Shown here: positions 1 to 21,242 of the stretch, one piece after another | Position numbering within the stretch: position 1 is the stretch's first letter | How the letters are laid out: each line of letters opens with the position of its first letter | From: the human T2T-CHM13v2.0 reference genome, Homo sapiens | DNA: 64,000 nucleotides | Assembly: GCF_009914755.1 (NCBI RefSeq) | Contig: NC_060935.1 | Strand: one strand, 5' to 3' | Position numbers and translations under genes: made by a program | The notes under the pieces: generated by a model | The model's input: only the letters and a program-made list of their open reading frames with translations | Databases searched by the model: none | Told to the model about the DNA's origin: nothing

Positions 1-2842
<2,842 letters not shown>

Positions 2843-3744
2843 GGAAAAATAAATAAACATTAATATCAAATAAACATTAGAATCTGCGGTGAGGGAATTA
2901 AAATGAGAATGGGCAAAAGAGATAAAAGAAATTAATGATTAAATAAAAATGAGAAAGGGCTTGTGCAGACCAATGGCAATGATTTTCCTTAAAGTGACAG
3001 TCATACTTAACCCAACCCTCTGTACTTGAAATATGAAAGAAAAGAGGAATTTTCTCTTCTGATTCAAGCCTCTTTATGTAGGGCACTGAAATTCATGCAG
3101 AGGAGTTTGAACTTGCTGAAGTACATAAATGTCTCTGAACTTTTCCTAATTAAGAGGGACTTTAAATTTCTCCAGCCCAAACCTAAAGATGTGTTAAAGA
3201 TTAAAGCTACTGACTCAGGGGGTGGGAGAAATGGAACCCAAAAGAGATTCAATGGCTGAAAAGGTCATGGTCTGTCCCCATAGATAATCCTAATAAGCCA
3301 CAGGAAAGAGAATGGAGAAGATTGAAGTATTGAAAAATTGAGGGCCCCATCATATTCAAAATTGAGTCATTTCAACCAGGTTAGAGGCCATAGAGATAAA
3401 GTAATATGTATTAAAAGCCAGTTATTTGCCAGGGTTAAGCGTGGTGTTAGATTTATAACACTCATTTATTCATTCAATGATGTGTTCAATGTCTATTGAA
3501 TACATATTAAGTGTCACGCTTTTTCAAATCACTGGGGGTACAGAAGTGAACAATCTGGCTCATTTTGATGGCTTATATGAAGTGAAAGTAGACACATAAT
3601 AAACAAACAAATTGATTAAACAAGAAAAAAATAGAGATAATTGCTATGCAAAGAATTTTTTGTTTGTTTGTTTTCTCTTCTTTGCTATGCAAAGAATTTA
3701 AGCTGAGTGATGGAAGAAAAGGTAACTGGATGGCTTTAGGGAGC

Positions 3745-3990
3745 TAGAGTGGCACAATTATTAAATAATGGCTTCTAGTATTTGCTTAGATTCACATCCC
3801 AGCTCCATCTCTGCCTAGCTGGGACCTTGTGCAACTTACTGAACTTTCTCATGCCTCTGTTCCTCAGCTGTAAAATGGGGATAATAATTTAACTACCCTC
3901 ATAGTGTTGATGTGAAAATGGAATGAATTGATACACATGCAATGCTAAAGAATAGTTTGGGGCACGTAAGTATTTAGTAAATGTTAATAA
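3745..3990 (+). mobile_element. MIR SINE (copy 1), flanked by decayed L2 fragments (about 3463-3740 and 4170-4480)
   Basis: MIR core GACCTTGTGCAACTTACTGAAC...GCCTCTGTTCCTCAGCTGTAAAATGGGGATAATA; L2-type TTCATTCAA end near 3468. Confidence 0.7.
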
Positions 3991-4004
3991 CAATAATTAT
4001 GACA

Positions 4005-4167
4005 ATGGGGATGATGATGGTGAAAGGGTGGTGATGGTGGTAGTGTAATGATAGTGGTGATGATGACGCTGTAATTGTGATGATGATGACGATGATGGTG
4101 ATGGTGATGATGCTGGTGCTGGTGGTGATGAAGATGACAGTGATGATGATGACAGGGGTGGTGGTGA
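4005..4167. repeat. Degenerate (TGA/TGG)n trinucleotide low-complexity tract (copy 1)
   Basis: GATGATGATGGTGATGGTG... directly visible; source of the poly-His pseudo-ORF 3984-4202. Confidence 0.9.
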
Positions 4168-6183
4168 ATTAAGCTAAGACATGTTTGACAAGAAAGTAGC
4201 ATGCAAAAATTTGGAGGAAGAACACTCCATGCAGAGGGAACAGCAGATACAAAGGCCTGGATAAACTAAAAGAAATTCAGCATCTTAAAGGAAGGAAGAA
4301 AAGACTCGAGTGTTCAGATGATAATGAGTAAAAGGGAGAGCGGTGGGTAATCATGTCAGAATTAGGCAAGGGCCAGATCACAGATAATACATAATCCAAG
4401 ACTAGGAGTTGGGATTTTATGCAAAGTTCGGTGAGAAATCACTGGAGGGTTATAAGCAAAAAAAAGTGACATAATTCTTATAACAACCTTATGAAAGAGG
4501 CAATGTTGTTGCCATTTCACCAGTGAGGTAAGAGAAGCTCAATGTGATTCGGAAATTAACCAGTGTCATATAGCTCTTGACTGGTAGAAAGAATATGTGA
4601 ACCCAAGTCTATCAGGCTCTAGTCCTCCACCCCACCAAGCATCATACTTCATACTAAGAGGATTTCTGAGTAGTTCTCTTCCTGCTACAACAAGCTTCCC
4701 ATTAATGGAAGCCACAGTCTGCAAACATTTGGCTAAAATCAGCATGGTAGACACTTAGCTTTCTGTACTTTACTCTCCTTGAGTGTCTACAGAGGAAAAC
4801 CAGACTCAGCAGGATAGGCATTCATGCATACGAATTGGAGAACACATCAAACTGTCCTTCTCTGAGGATGCCAGACTTTCAGCAACATCACATGTGCATT
4901 GATACAACTGGTTCTTACAAATTGCCACCCAGCTCCTAGGACCTGGCAGCCTTTCCTTTCTAATTCACATGTTTGATTACTTAGGGGGGAATTTCTCCAC
5001 TCCTAGTTTTTTCTGCCAACTTCAAGTGGGAGGATAAGGAGAAGAAAAAAAGAGAAAGAAATAGAGAGGAGTGTAGGAAATGTTACCAGAGTGATTAGGT
5101 GAGTCTGTTAGCTCCCAGCCTAAACTGGGCATTCCAAAGAACATGTTGTTCTGTTTTGATTTTGTTTTAGTTTTAGTTTTGTTTTTTGCTTTAGCACTGT
5201 AAATAACTATTATCAGAGACTCCAATGCAAAGGCTGAGAACTGGCACCAGCTCTATAATGTTATTATGCAGCAGAACTTTTTTACCCATTCCATTCTGTA
5301 AACCCATTTTAACTTTCCAGCAATAAATGATGGACAATTAAATTAATAAAGCAGTTACTGATAATATAGCAAGTAGTTTGTTGTGTCAAATAATGTGCTA
5401 GGAACTTTGCATGCATTATCTCATTTAATCTGGCATCCTGTAAAGGCAAGAAAATGGAAAGTGCTGAGGGAATATAGGTAGGGCCCTGAATTTGCTGGTG
5501 GGAGCTGAATCCTTTCCTATCCTACCTCAAAAAGCATGTGCCAGATCATTTGTGGCCTTAAGAAACTCTGCTTTCCTCTTTATGTTAGATACTGTTGGGT
5601 ATTCACAGATTGAGCCTTTCCCTTCAATGAATCTCAGTTGTAGAGTTAGATATTAAAGCCAAAATGACCCAACTGATCTAAGGAAAGGCACAGTAATATA
5701 GAAATGGTAGACACATAATCTTTCTCTGCACCACTTTCTAAGCAGTCCTCACTGATCACTGATCAATCGCAAGCCTATACTTGACATCAGAACTCTTCTC
5801 AACACAACCTACTGGTCAACCACTACAATTAGGTAATTCACTTCTTAATATATTTTTATCTAATATTTACATCATCACCTGGCCACTAGGAATACAGAGA
5901 TGAGTAAGACATTAGCTTCTGTGTTTCTTCTCTGTTTTTATTGAGAATTTTCTATGACTGCTCACACACCCACTTTCACTGCACTATTCTATCTCATTTG
6001 ACAAGTATCTTTTACCCAGAAACAGTTTCATGAGTTGTGTGTTCTCTTTTCTCTAGAGTATTAGATGATTGGGTCCACAGTGCGCAGAGAAGCCATGACC
6101 TGATTGGGTATCCTACTACAATTTATCTACAAAGCTCTCCGTTTTGACTAGACACCTGTGGTGGATTTGATCATTGTTCCTAC

Positions 6184-7646
6184 TGAGAGGTGACAGTGTG
6201 CTGGCAGTCCTCACAGCCCTCGCTCACTCTCGGCACCTCCTCTGCCTGGGCTCCCACTTTGGCGGCATGTGAGGAGCCCTTCAGCCCACCGCTGCACTGT
6301 GGGAGCCCCTTTCCGGGCTGGCCAAGGCCAGAGCCCACTCCCTCAGCTTGCAGGGAGGTGTGGAGGGAGAGGCGCGAGCAGGAACCAGGGCTGCGTGGGG
6401 TGCTTGCAGGCCAGCTGGAATTCCGGGTGGGCGTGGGCTTGGCAGGCCCCGCACTCGGAGCAGCCAGCCGGCCCGGCGGGCCCTGCCGGCCCCGGGCAAT
6501 GAGGGACTTAGCACCCGGGCCAGCGGCTGCGGAGGGTGTACTGGGTCCCCCAGCAGTGCCAGACCACTGGCGCTGCCCTTGATTTCTCACTGAGCCTTAG
6601 CTGCCTTCCTGCGGGGCAGGGCTCGGGACCTGCAGCCCACCATGCCTGAGCCTCCCACCCCCTCCATGGGCTCCTGTGTGGCCAGAGCCTCCCCGATGAG
6701 TGCCGCCCCCTGCTCCACTGCGCCCAGTCCCATCGACCACCCAAGGGCTGAGGAGTGCCGGCGCACAGTGCGGGACTGGCAGGCAGCTCCACCTGCAGCC
6801 CTCGTGCGGGATCCACTGGGTGAAGCCAGCTGGGCTCCTGAGTCTGGTGGGGCCTTGGAGAACCTTTATGTCTAGCTCAGGGATTGTAAATACACCAATC
6901 AGCACTCTGTCTCTAGCTCCAGGTTTGTAAACACACCAATCAGCACCCTGTGTCTAGCTCAGGGTTTGTGAGTGCACCAATCCACACTCTGTATCTAGCT
7001 ACTCTGGTGGGGCCTTGGAGAACATTTATGTCCAGCTCAGGGATTGTAAATACACCAATCGGCACTCTGTATCTAGCTCAAGGTTTGTAAACACACCAAT
7101 CAGCACCCTGTGTCTAGCTCAGGGTTTGTGAATGCACCAATCGACACTCTGTATCTAGCTACTCTGGTGGGGCCTTGGAGAACCTTCAGTGTCCATACTC
7201 TGTATCTAACTAATCTGGTGGGGAGGTGGAGAACCTTTTTGTCTAGCTCAGGGATTGTAAACGCACCAATCAGCGCCCTGTCAAAACAGACCACTTGGCT
7301 CTACCAATCAGCAGGACGTGGGTGGGGCCAGATAAGAGAATAAAAGCAGGCTGCCTGAGCCAGCAGGGGCAACCCGCTCGGGTCCCCTTCCACAGTGTGG
7401 AAGCTTTGTTCTTCCACTCTGTGCAATAAATCTTGCTACTGCTCACTCTTTGGGTCCACGCTGCTTTTATGAGCTGTAACACTCACCGCGAAGGTCTGCA
7501 GCTTCACTCCTGAAGCCAGTGAGACGACGAGTGGAGGAACGAACAACTCCAGATGTGCTGCCTTAAGAGCTGTAACACTCACCATGAGGGTCCGTGGCTT
7601 CATTCTTGAAGTCAGTGAGAGCAAGAACCCACCAATTCCGGACACA
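6184..7646 (+). mobile_element. Solo LTR12C (ERV9/HERV9 LTR), copy 1, 1,463 bp, 4-bp TSD CTAC
   Basis: Starts TGAGAGGTGACAG-GTGCTGGCAGTCCTCACAGCC and ends CCCACCAATTCCGGACACA. CTAC at 6180-6183 and 7647-7650. GC/CpG-rich U3 followed by about 40-bp CCAAT-containing tandem repeats. Confidence 0.95.
6840..7430 (+). promoter_or_regulatory. LTR12C U3 enhancer/promoter: 8 CCAAT (NF-Y) boxes, GGGTGGGG box, GATA site, TATA-like AATAAAA, poly(A) signal
   Basis: CCAAT near 6895, 6936, 6977, 7055, 7096, 7137, 7266 and 7304. GGGTGGGG 7320-7327, AGATAAG 7330-7336, AATAAAA 7339-7345, AATAAA 7425-7430. NF-Y dependence of ERV9 LTRs is established knowledge. Confidence 0.75.
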
Positions 7647-7749
7647 CTACTTCTCTACACTTTTCGTATATTAGAATTTTACATCCACATACATTTTCCA
7701 GTTAACTTCATAATATCTCTAAGTGTGAACAGAGTAGACTATGCTGTTT

Positions 7750-8088
7750 TATTGATGGTGTGGCTGGTCATGAGACTTGTTTTAGCCAATGGAATTAGGA
7801 TACAAACACAGCTTTAAACGTCTTGCCTGTTTTGCCTTGCCCTACAGTACTCCTGTGATTTGCCATAGAGGACCCTGAATTGCAGAGCTGCTAGTCCAAA
7901 GGGAAAGGAAAAACATGTAGAACTGGTCTGAACCCTTCTCACAACTTGGAGCCAAGCCCAGCCAATTCCCAGCTGAGTCAGCAAAGCCACAGCTGACCTG
8001 CAAACCTGTGAACAAGAAAATAAATGTTTGTCATAAGCCACTGAGATTTTGATATTGTTTGTTTCACAGTAAAAACTGAGTGATACAG
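7750..8088 (+). mobile_element. Old MaLR MLT1-family LTR fragment (copy 1)
   Basis: Typical MLT1 3' end AATAAATGTTTG...TAAGCCACTGAGATTTTG...TGTTTCACAG...ACTGAGTGATACA. Confidence 0.65.
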
Positions 8089-8453
8089 AACTCTCATTTT
8101 CTTATAACCCTTCACATTCCTTTTCTTTCCCTTTTTAGGCAGGAGCTATTACTTTCTTCACCAAATAACAGTTTCATCTCTTTGTAAAAGCTAAGTATAT
8201 GTGTAAGAGCTGTGTATATGAGACCACCATCAATATACAACAAAACCAGTCTGAGATGTGGACCCTGACCTGTCCACTAAGCAGTGATATACACTAGTGA
8301 GTAATAACACTCACTAGCTAGTAATAGACACATTTCCTAATATGAATAATTCAAATCAGAAAATCAAATATTATTACACACTACAAACTTTCTGGTCAGG
8401 CAGTCAACTTATTTTATCAATCAGAGTTAAATCAGGCAAAGAATAATCATTAT

Positions 8454-11034
<2,581 letters not shown>

Positions 11035-11936
11035 GGAAAAATAAATAAACATTAATATCAAATAAACATTAGAATCTGCGGTGAGGGAATTAAAATGAGA
11101 ATGGGCAAAAGAGATAAAAGAAATTAATGATTAAATAAAAATGAGAAAGGGCTTGTGCAGACCAATGGCAATGATTTTCCTTAAAGTGACAGTCATACTT
11201 AACCCAACCCTCTGTACTTGAAATATGAAAGAAAAGAGGAATTTTCTCTTCTGATTCAAGCCTCTTTATGTAGGGCACTGAAATTCATGCAGAGGAGTTT
11301 GAACTTGCTGAAGTACATAAATGTCTCTGAACTTTTCCTAATTAAGAGGGACTTTAAATTTCTCCAGCCCAAACCTAAAGATGTGTTAAAGATTAAAGCT
11401 ACTGACTCAGGGGGTGGGAGAAATGGAACCCAAAAGAGATTCAATGGCTGAAAAGGTCATGGTCTGTCCCCATAGATAATCCTAATAAGCCACAGGAAAG
11501 AGAATGGAGAAGATTGAAGTATTGAAAAATTGAGGGCCCCATCATATTCAAAATTGAGTCATTTCAACCAGGTTAGAGGCCATAGAGATAAAGTAATATG
11601 TATTAAAAGCCAGTTATTTGCCAGGGTTAAGCGTGGTGTTAGATTTATAACACTCATTTATTCATTCAATGATGTGTTCAATGTCTATTGAATACATATT
11701 AAGTGTCACGCTTTTTCAAATCACTGGGGGTACAGAAGTGAACAATCTGGCTCATTTTGATGGCTTATATGAAGTGAAAGTAGACACATAATAAACAAAC
11801 AAATTGATTAAACAAGAAAAAAATAGAGATAATTGCTATGCAAAGAATTTTTTGTTTGTTTGTTTTCTCTTCTTTGCTATGCAAAGAATTTAAGCTGAGT
11901 GATGGAAGAAAAGGTAACTGGATGGCTTTAGGGAGC

Positions 11937-12182
11937 TAGAGTGGCACAATTATTAAATAATGGCTTCTAGTATTTGCTTAGATTCACATCCCAGCTCCAT
12001 CTCTGCCTAGCTGGGACCTTGTGCAACTTACTGAACTTTCTCATGCCTCTGTTCCTCAGCTGTAAAATGGGGATAATAATTTAACTACCCTCATAGTGTT
12101 GATGTGAAAATGGAATGAATTGATACACATGCAATGCTAAAGAATAGTTTGGGGCACGTAAGTATTTAGTAAATGTTAATAA
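11937..12182 (+). mobile_element. MIR SINE (copy 2)
   Basis: Same sequence as 3745-3990 at +8192. Confidence 0.7.
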
Positions 12183-12196
12183 CAATAATTATGACA

Positions 12197-12359
12197 ATGG
12201 GGATGATGATGGTGAAAGGGTGGTGATGGTGGTAGTGTAATGATAGTGGTGATGATGACGCTGTAATTGTGATGATGATGACGATGATGGTGATGGTGAT
12301 GATGCTGGTGCTGGTGGTGATGAAGATGACAGTGATGATGATGACAGGGGTGGTGGTGA
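12197..12359. repeat. Degenerate (TGA/TGG)n tract (copy 2)
   Basis: Same sequence as 4005-4167 at +8192. Confidence 0.9.
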
Positions 12360-14375
12360 ATTAAGCTAAGACATGTTTGACAAGAAAGTAGCATGCAAAA
12401 ATTTGGAGGAAGAACACTCCATGCAGAGGGAACAGCAGATACAAAGGCCTGGATAAACTAAAAGAAATTCAGCATCTTAAAGGAAGGAAGAAAAGACTCG
12501 AGTGTTCAGATGATAATGAGTAAAAGGGAGAGCGGTGGGTAATCATGTCAGAATTAGGCAAGGGCCAGATCACAGATAATACATAATCCAAGACTAGGAG
12601 TTGGGATTTTATGCAAAGTTCGGTGAGAAATCACTGGAGGGTTATAAGCAAAAAAAAGTGACATAATTCTTATAACAACCTTATGAAAGAGGCAATGTTG
12701 TTGCCATTTCACCAGTGAGGTAAGAGAAGCTCAATGTGATTCGGAAATTAACCAGTGTCATATAGCTCTTGACTGGTAGAAAGAATATGTGAACCCAAGT
12801 CTATCAGGCTCTAGTCCTCCACCCCACCAAGCATCATACTTCATACTAAGAGGATTTCTGAGTAGTTCTCTTCCTGCTACAACAAGCTTCCCATTAATGG
12901 AAGCCACAGTCTGCAAACATTTGGCTAAAATCAGCATGGTAGACACTTAGCTTTCTGTACTTTACTCTCCTTGAGTGTCTACAGAGGAAAACCAGACTCA
13001 GCAGGATAGGCATTCATGCATACGAATTGGAGAACACATCAAACTGTCCTTCTCTGAGGATGCCAGACTTTCAGCAACATCACATGTGCATTGATACAAC
13101 TGGTTCTTACAAATTGCCACCCAGCTCCTAGGACCTGGCAGCCTTTCCTTTCTAATTCACATGTTTGATTACTTAGGGGGGAATTTCTCCACTCCTAGTT
13201 TTTTCTGCCAACTTCAAGTGGGAGGATAAGGAGAAGAAAAAAAGAGAAAGAAATAGAGAGGAGTGTAGGAAATGTTACCAGAGTGATTAGGTGAGTCTGT
13301 TAGCTCCCAGCCTAAACTGGGCATTCCAAAGAACATGTTGTTCTGTTTTGATTTTGTTTTAGTTTTAGTTTTGTTTTTTGCTTTAGCACTGTAAATAACT
13401 ATTATCAGAGACTCCAATGCAAAGGCTGAGAACTGGCACCAGCTCTATAATGTTATTATGCAGCAGAACTTTTTTACCCATTCCATTCTGTAAACCCATT
13501 TTAACTTTCCAGCAATAAATGATGGACAATTAAATTAATAAAGCAGTTACTGATAATATAGCAAGTAGTTTGTTGTGTCAAATAATGTGCTAGGAACTTT
13601 GCATGCATTATCTCATTTAATCTGGCATCCTGTAAAGGCAAGAAAATGGAAAGTGCTGAGGGAATATAGGTAGGGCCCTGAATTTGCTGGTGGGAGCTGA
13701 ATCCTTTCCTATCCTACCTCAAAAAGCATGTGCCAGATCATTTGTGGCCTTAAGAAACTCTGCTTTCCTCTTTATGTTAGATACTGTTGGGTATTCACAG
13801 ATTGAGCCTTTCCCTTCAATGAATCTCAGTTGTAGAGTTAGATATTAAAGCCAAAATGACCCAACTGATCTAAGGAAAGGCACAGTAATATAGAAATGGT
13901 AGACACATAATCTTTCTCTGCACCACTTTCTAAGCAGTCCTCACTGATCACTGATCAATCGCAAGCCTATACTTGACATCAGAACTCTTCTCAACACAAC
14001 CTACTGGTCAACCACTACAATTAGGTAATTCACTTCTTAATATATTTTTATCTAATATTTACATCATCACCTGGCCACTAGGAATACAGAGATGAGTAAG
14101 ACATTAGCTTCTGTGTTTCTTCTCTGTTTTTATTGAGAATTTTCTATGACTGCTCACACACCCACTTTCACTGCACTATTCTATCTCATTTGACAAGTAT
14201 CTTTTACCCAGAAACAGTTTCATGAGTTGTGTGTTCTCTTTTCTCTAGAGTATTAGATGATTGGGTCCACAGTGCGCAGAGAAGCCATGACCTGATTGGG
14301 TATCCTACTACAATTTATCTACAAAGCTCTCCGTTTTGACTAGACACCTGTGGTGGATTTGATCATTGTTCCTAC

Positions 14376-15838
14376 TGAGAGGTGACAGTGTGCTGGCAGT
14401 CCTCACAGCCCTCGCTCACTCTCGGCACCTCCTCTGCCTGGGCTCCCACTTTGGCGGCATGTGAGGAGCCCTTCAGCCCACCGCTGCACTGTGGGAGCCC
14501 CTTTCCGGGCTGGCCAAGGCCAGAGCCCACTCCCTCAGCTTGCAGGGAGGTGTGGAGGGAGAGGCGCGAGCAGGAACCAGGGCTGCGTGGGGTGCTTGCA
14601 GGCCAGCTGGAATTCCGGGTGGGCGTGGGCTTGGCAGGCCCCGCACTCGGAGCAGCCAGCCGGCCCGGCGGGCCCTGCCGGCCCCGGGCAATGAGGGACT
14701 TAGCACCCGGGCCAGCGGCTGCGGAGGGTGTACTGGGTCCCCCAGCAGTGCCAGACCACTGGCGCTGCCCTTGATTTCTCACTGAGCCTTAGCTGCCTTC
14801 CTGCGGGGCAGGGCTCGGGACCTGCAGCCCACCATGCCTGAGCCTCCCACCCCCTCCATGGGCTCCTGTGTGGCCAGAGCCTCCCCGATGAGTGCCGCCC
14901 CCTGCTCCACTGCGCCCAGTCCCATCGACCACCCAAGGGCTGAGGAGTGCCGGCGCACAGTGCGGGACTGGCAGGCAGCTCCACCTGCAGCCCTCGTGCG
15001 GGATCCACTGGGTGAAGCCAGCTGGGCTCCTGAGTCTGGTGGGGCCTTGGAGAACCTTTATGTCTAGCTCAGGGATTGTAAATACACCAATCAGCACTCT
15101 GTCTCTAGCTCCAGGTTTGTAAACACACCAATCAGCACCCTGTGTCTAGCTCAGGGTTTGTGAGTGCACCAATCCACACTCTGTATCTAGCTACTCTGGT
15201 GGGGCCTTGGAGAACATTTATGTCCAGCTCAGGGATTGTAAATACACCAATCGGCACTCTGTATCTAGCTCAAGGTTTGTAAACACACCAATCAGCACCC
15301 TGTGTCTAGCTCAGGGTTTGTGAATGCACCAATCGACACTCTGTATCTAGCTACTCTGGTGGGGCCTTGGAGAACCTTCAGTGTCCATACTCTGTATCTA
15401 ACTAATCTGGTGGGGAGGTGGAGAACCTTTTTGTCTAGCTCAGGGATTGTAAACGCACCAATCAGCGCCCTGTCAAAACAGACCACTTGGCTCTACCAAT
15501 CAGCAGGACGTGGGTGGGGCCAGATAAGAGAATAAAAGCAGGCTGCCTGAGCCAGCAGGGGCAACCCGCTCGGGTCCCCTTCCACAGTGTGGAAGCTTTG
15601 TTCTTCCACTCTGTGCAATAAATCTTGCTACTGCTCACTCTTTGGGTCCACGCTGCTTTTATGAGCTGTAACACTCACCGCGAAGGTCTGCAGCTTCACT
15701 CCTGAAGCCAGTGAGACGACGAGTGGAGGAACGAACAACTCCAGATGTGCTGCCTTAAGAGCTGTAACACTCACCATGAGGGTCCGTGGCTTCATTCTTG
15801 AAGTCAGTGAGAGCAAGAACCCACCAATTCCGGACACA
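14376..15838 (+). mobile_element. Solo LTR12C, copy 2 (duplicate of 6184-7646), TSD CTAC
   Basis: Same termini, same CTAC flanks, identical ORF translations at +8192. Confidence 0.95.
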
Positions 15839-15941
15839 CTACTTCTCTACACTTTTCGTATATTAGAATTTTACATCCACATACATTTTCCAGTTAACTT
15901 CATAATATCTCTAAGTGTGAACAGAGTAGACTATGCTGTTT

Positions 15942-16280
15942 TATTGATGGTGTGGCTGGTCATGAGACTTGTTTTAGCCAATGGAATTAGGATACAAACA
16001 CAGCTTTAAACGTCTTGCCTGTTTTGCCTTGCCCTACAGTACTCCTGTGATTTGCCATAGAGGACCCTGAATTGCAGAGCTGCTAGTCCAAAGGGAAAGG
16101 AAAAACATGTAGAACTGGTCTGAACCCTTCTCACAACTTGGAGCCAAGCCCAGCCAATTCCCAGCTGAGTCAGCAAAGCCACAGCTGACCTGCAAACCTG
16201 TGAACAAGAAAATAAATGTTTGTCATAAGCCACTGAGATTTTGATATTGTTTGTTTCACAGTAAAAACTGAGTGATACAG
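15942..16280 (+). mobile_element. MLT1-family LTR fragment (copy 2)
   Basis: Same sequence as 7750-8088 at +8192. Confidence 0.65.
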
Positions 16281-16645
16281 AACTCTCATTTTCTTATAAC
16301 CCTTCACATTCCTTTTCTTTCCCTTTTTAGGCAGGAGCTATTACTTTCTTCACCAAATAACAGTTTCATCTCTTTGTAAAAGCTAAGTATATGTGTAAGA
16401 GCTGTGTATATGAGACCACCATCAATATACAACAAAACCAGTCTGAGATGTGGACCCTGACCTGTCCACTAAGCAGTGATATACACTAGTGAGTAATAAC
16501 ACTCACTAGCTAGTAATAGACACATTTCCTAATATGAATAATTCAAATCAGAAAATCAAATATTATTACACACTACAAACTTTCTGGTCAGGCAGTCAAC
16601 TTATTTTATCAATCAGAGTTAAATCAGGCAAAGAATAATCATTAT

Positions 16646-19210
<2,565 letters not shown>

Positions 19211-20315
19211 AAAGAATAATCATTATAGCTATTTAAAATAGGAAGAGCTTTACCATAGAAAAATAGAGATTTGCATGACCACTGAAGTTCCAGCTGCAGG
19301 AGCAAAGGGCGGAAACACTGTTTTTAAGAAATTCGGAAGTGCAGAGATCACAGGAAAGCCACTACCAGAAGTCTCAGCTACCTACAGCCACCAGAATAGG
19401 TGATTCCTAAGAGAGTGCTCTAAAGTCATGGGTGAAACATCACCTCTGCCATCACTCATGCTCACACATTTGCTAATAAATGTCATCAGAGGAACAGAGG
19501 CTTCTAGTTTTTTTTTTTAACCTTCCATATTTTACATAAGGACCTCTCATTGATAATATCTACTAGATTCTGTAGACTAGGGAATCCAGGTTTCAGGTTT
19601 ACACCCTCTAATACAGGGAAAAGTTTAGAAGGGTTGGGATGAGACCTAGCATCAACAAATAATATCTCTCATACTTATGAATACCCCACCCTAGTTTGTG
19701 CTCTGTATCAAAGCCTAGAGACTCAGGGCTAAACAAGCCAGGTGCAGGCCCTACCTTCATAGAACACACAGTCCTAGGGCAATTTTGCTCAAAAGCAATT
19801 GAAACCTGGTAAATATCAAGGATAATTACAATATAATGAGGTATTCACAGAGCATTAAGGAAATAGGAGGTAATTCTTACCTACCTAATGGGATAAGCAA
19901 GGGAGAACAGAAAATTTTCTCCTTCAGCCACATTCACACACACACTACAAGCACACACACACAAGCCCACACCTGGAAAAACATTGTTCATCTGACATAT
20001 AGAGGCCACCATGTATCTCTGAGGACAAGGATGCAGAAGGGGAGAAGTAAAGGGAGTTCCAGAGAGTTTGGGGTTTGTTACCATAAAAGCCCTTGTTGTT
20101 AGAACTAGCTGCCCCAAATCCAAAGCTTATTATTGAGAGCAACATCAAGCATCAATTTTATTTTTTTTAAACTTTGAGGTTATCACAGTATACTACAGGA
20201 GCCTGGGAGGGAGTCAACTTCTGAGCTTTCAGTTTAAAGACACCTGCTATCTGAAATGTATTAATGCAAACTGGGTGGTCCCATGCTAACCCAATGTGCA
20301 GGTACTTTAAGCGTA

Positions 20316-20326
20316 TGTGTGTGTGT

Positions 20327-20367
<41 letters not shown>
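20316..20367. repeat. (TG)n microsatellite with one interruption
   Basis: Directly visible. Confidence 0.95.
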
Positions 20368-20368
<1 letters not shown>

Positions 20369-20781
20369 CATGGAGGGTTTTCTCCCATCCCTTTTCAACT
20401 TTTTCCTATTCTCATGATTTACTTTCAAGCCCTAACACTTTCAAGAAGTCCTAGGGTGCTATATGTTAATAAAAGCATTTCCAGTTCGACAGTGGTTGGA
20501 TAAGCAGTAAATTAATTGGAAATTGTATAAAACCACGCTTTAAGAAAATCCCTGCCGTTTCTACTGTTGTGATTTCCTTGCCAAACAGGATTTTTATGTT
20601 TTAAGCAAAGTGCAGATATTACAGAGCCACAAGAATTCCGTTTCAATAACTACCTCTTTTCTAATTAACCCCTCACACTCCACCCCAGAAGCGCAGCAGC
20701 CACCCTGGCTGGAATGGAGGATATAAGGCTTGCATTTTCCAGGGAGTTTGCATGCACATGTGGTTAGAGGGATTCATACCT

Positions 20782-20910
20782 AGCTGGGCACAGGGCGTAC
20801 ACCTGTAGTCCTAGCTACTCAAGAGGCTGAAGCAGGAGGACTGCTTGAGCCCAGGGGTTCATGTTCAGCCTGGGCAACATAGCAGGATCTTGTCTCTCAA
20901 GAGAAAAAAG
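20782..20910 (+). mobile_element. Free Alu monomer (FLAM/FAM-like)
   Basis: CCTGTAGTCCTAGCTACTC..GCTTGAGCCCAGG..CAGCCTGGGCAACATAGC, single arm with A-rich end. Confidence 0.75.
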
Positions 20911-20926
20911 AAAAATGCCTGTGTCA

Positions 20927-21242
<316 letters not shown>

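Noticed and set aside
3984-4202. Poly-histidine ORF (and copy at 12176-12394)
   Set aside because: Antisense reading of a (TGA/TGG)n low-complexity tract among MIR/L2 remnants.
6180-6930. Dense overlapping 76-136 aa ORFs on both strands (repeated at 14372-15122)
   Set aside because: They lie within the GC-rich LTR12C U3, where stops are scarce; no recognisable protein.
6840-7310. About 40-bp repeats with variable interiors, superficially CRISPR-like
   Set aside because: They are the standard ERV9/LTR12 U3 CCAAT tandem repeats in primate DNA; no unique spacers or cas genes.
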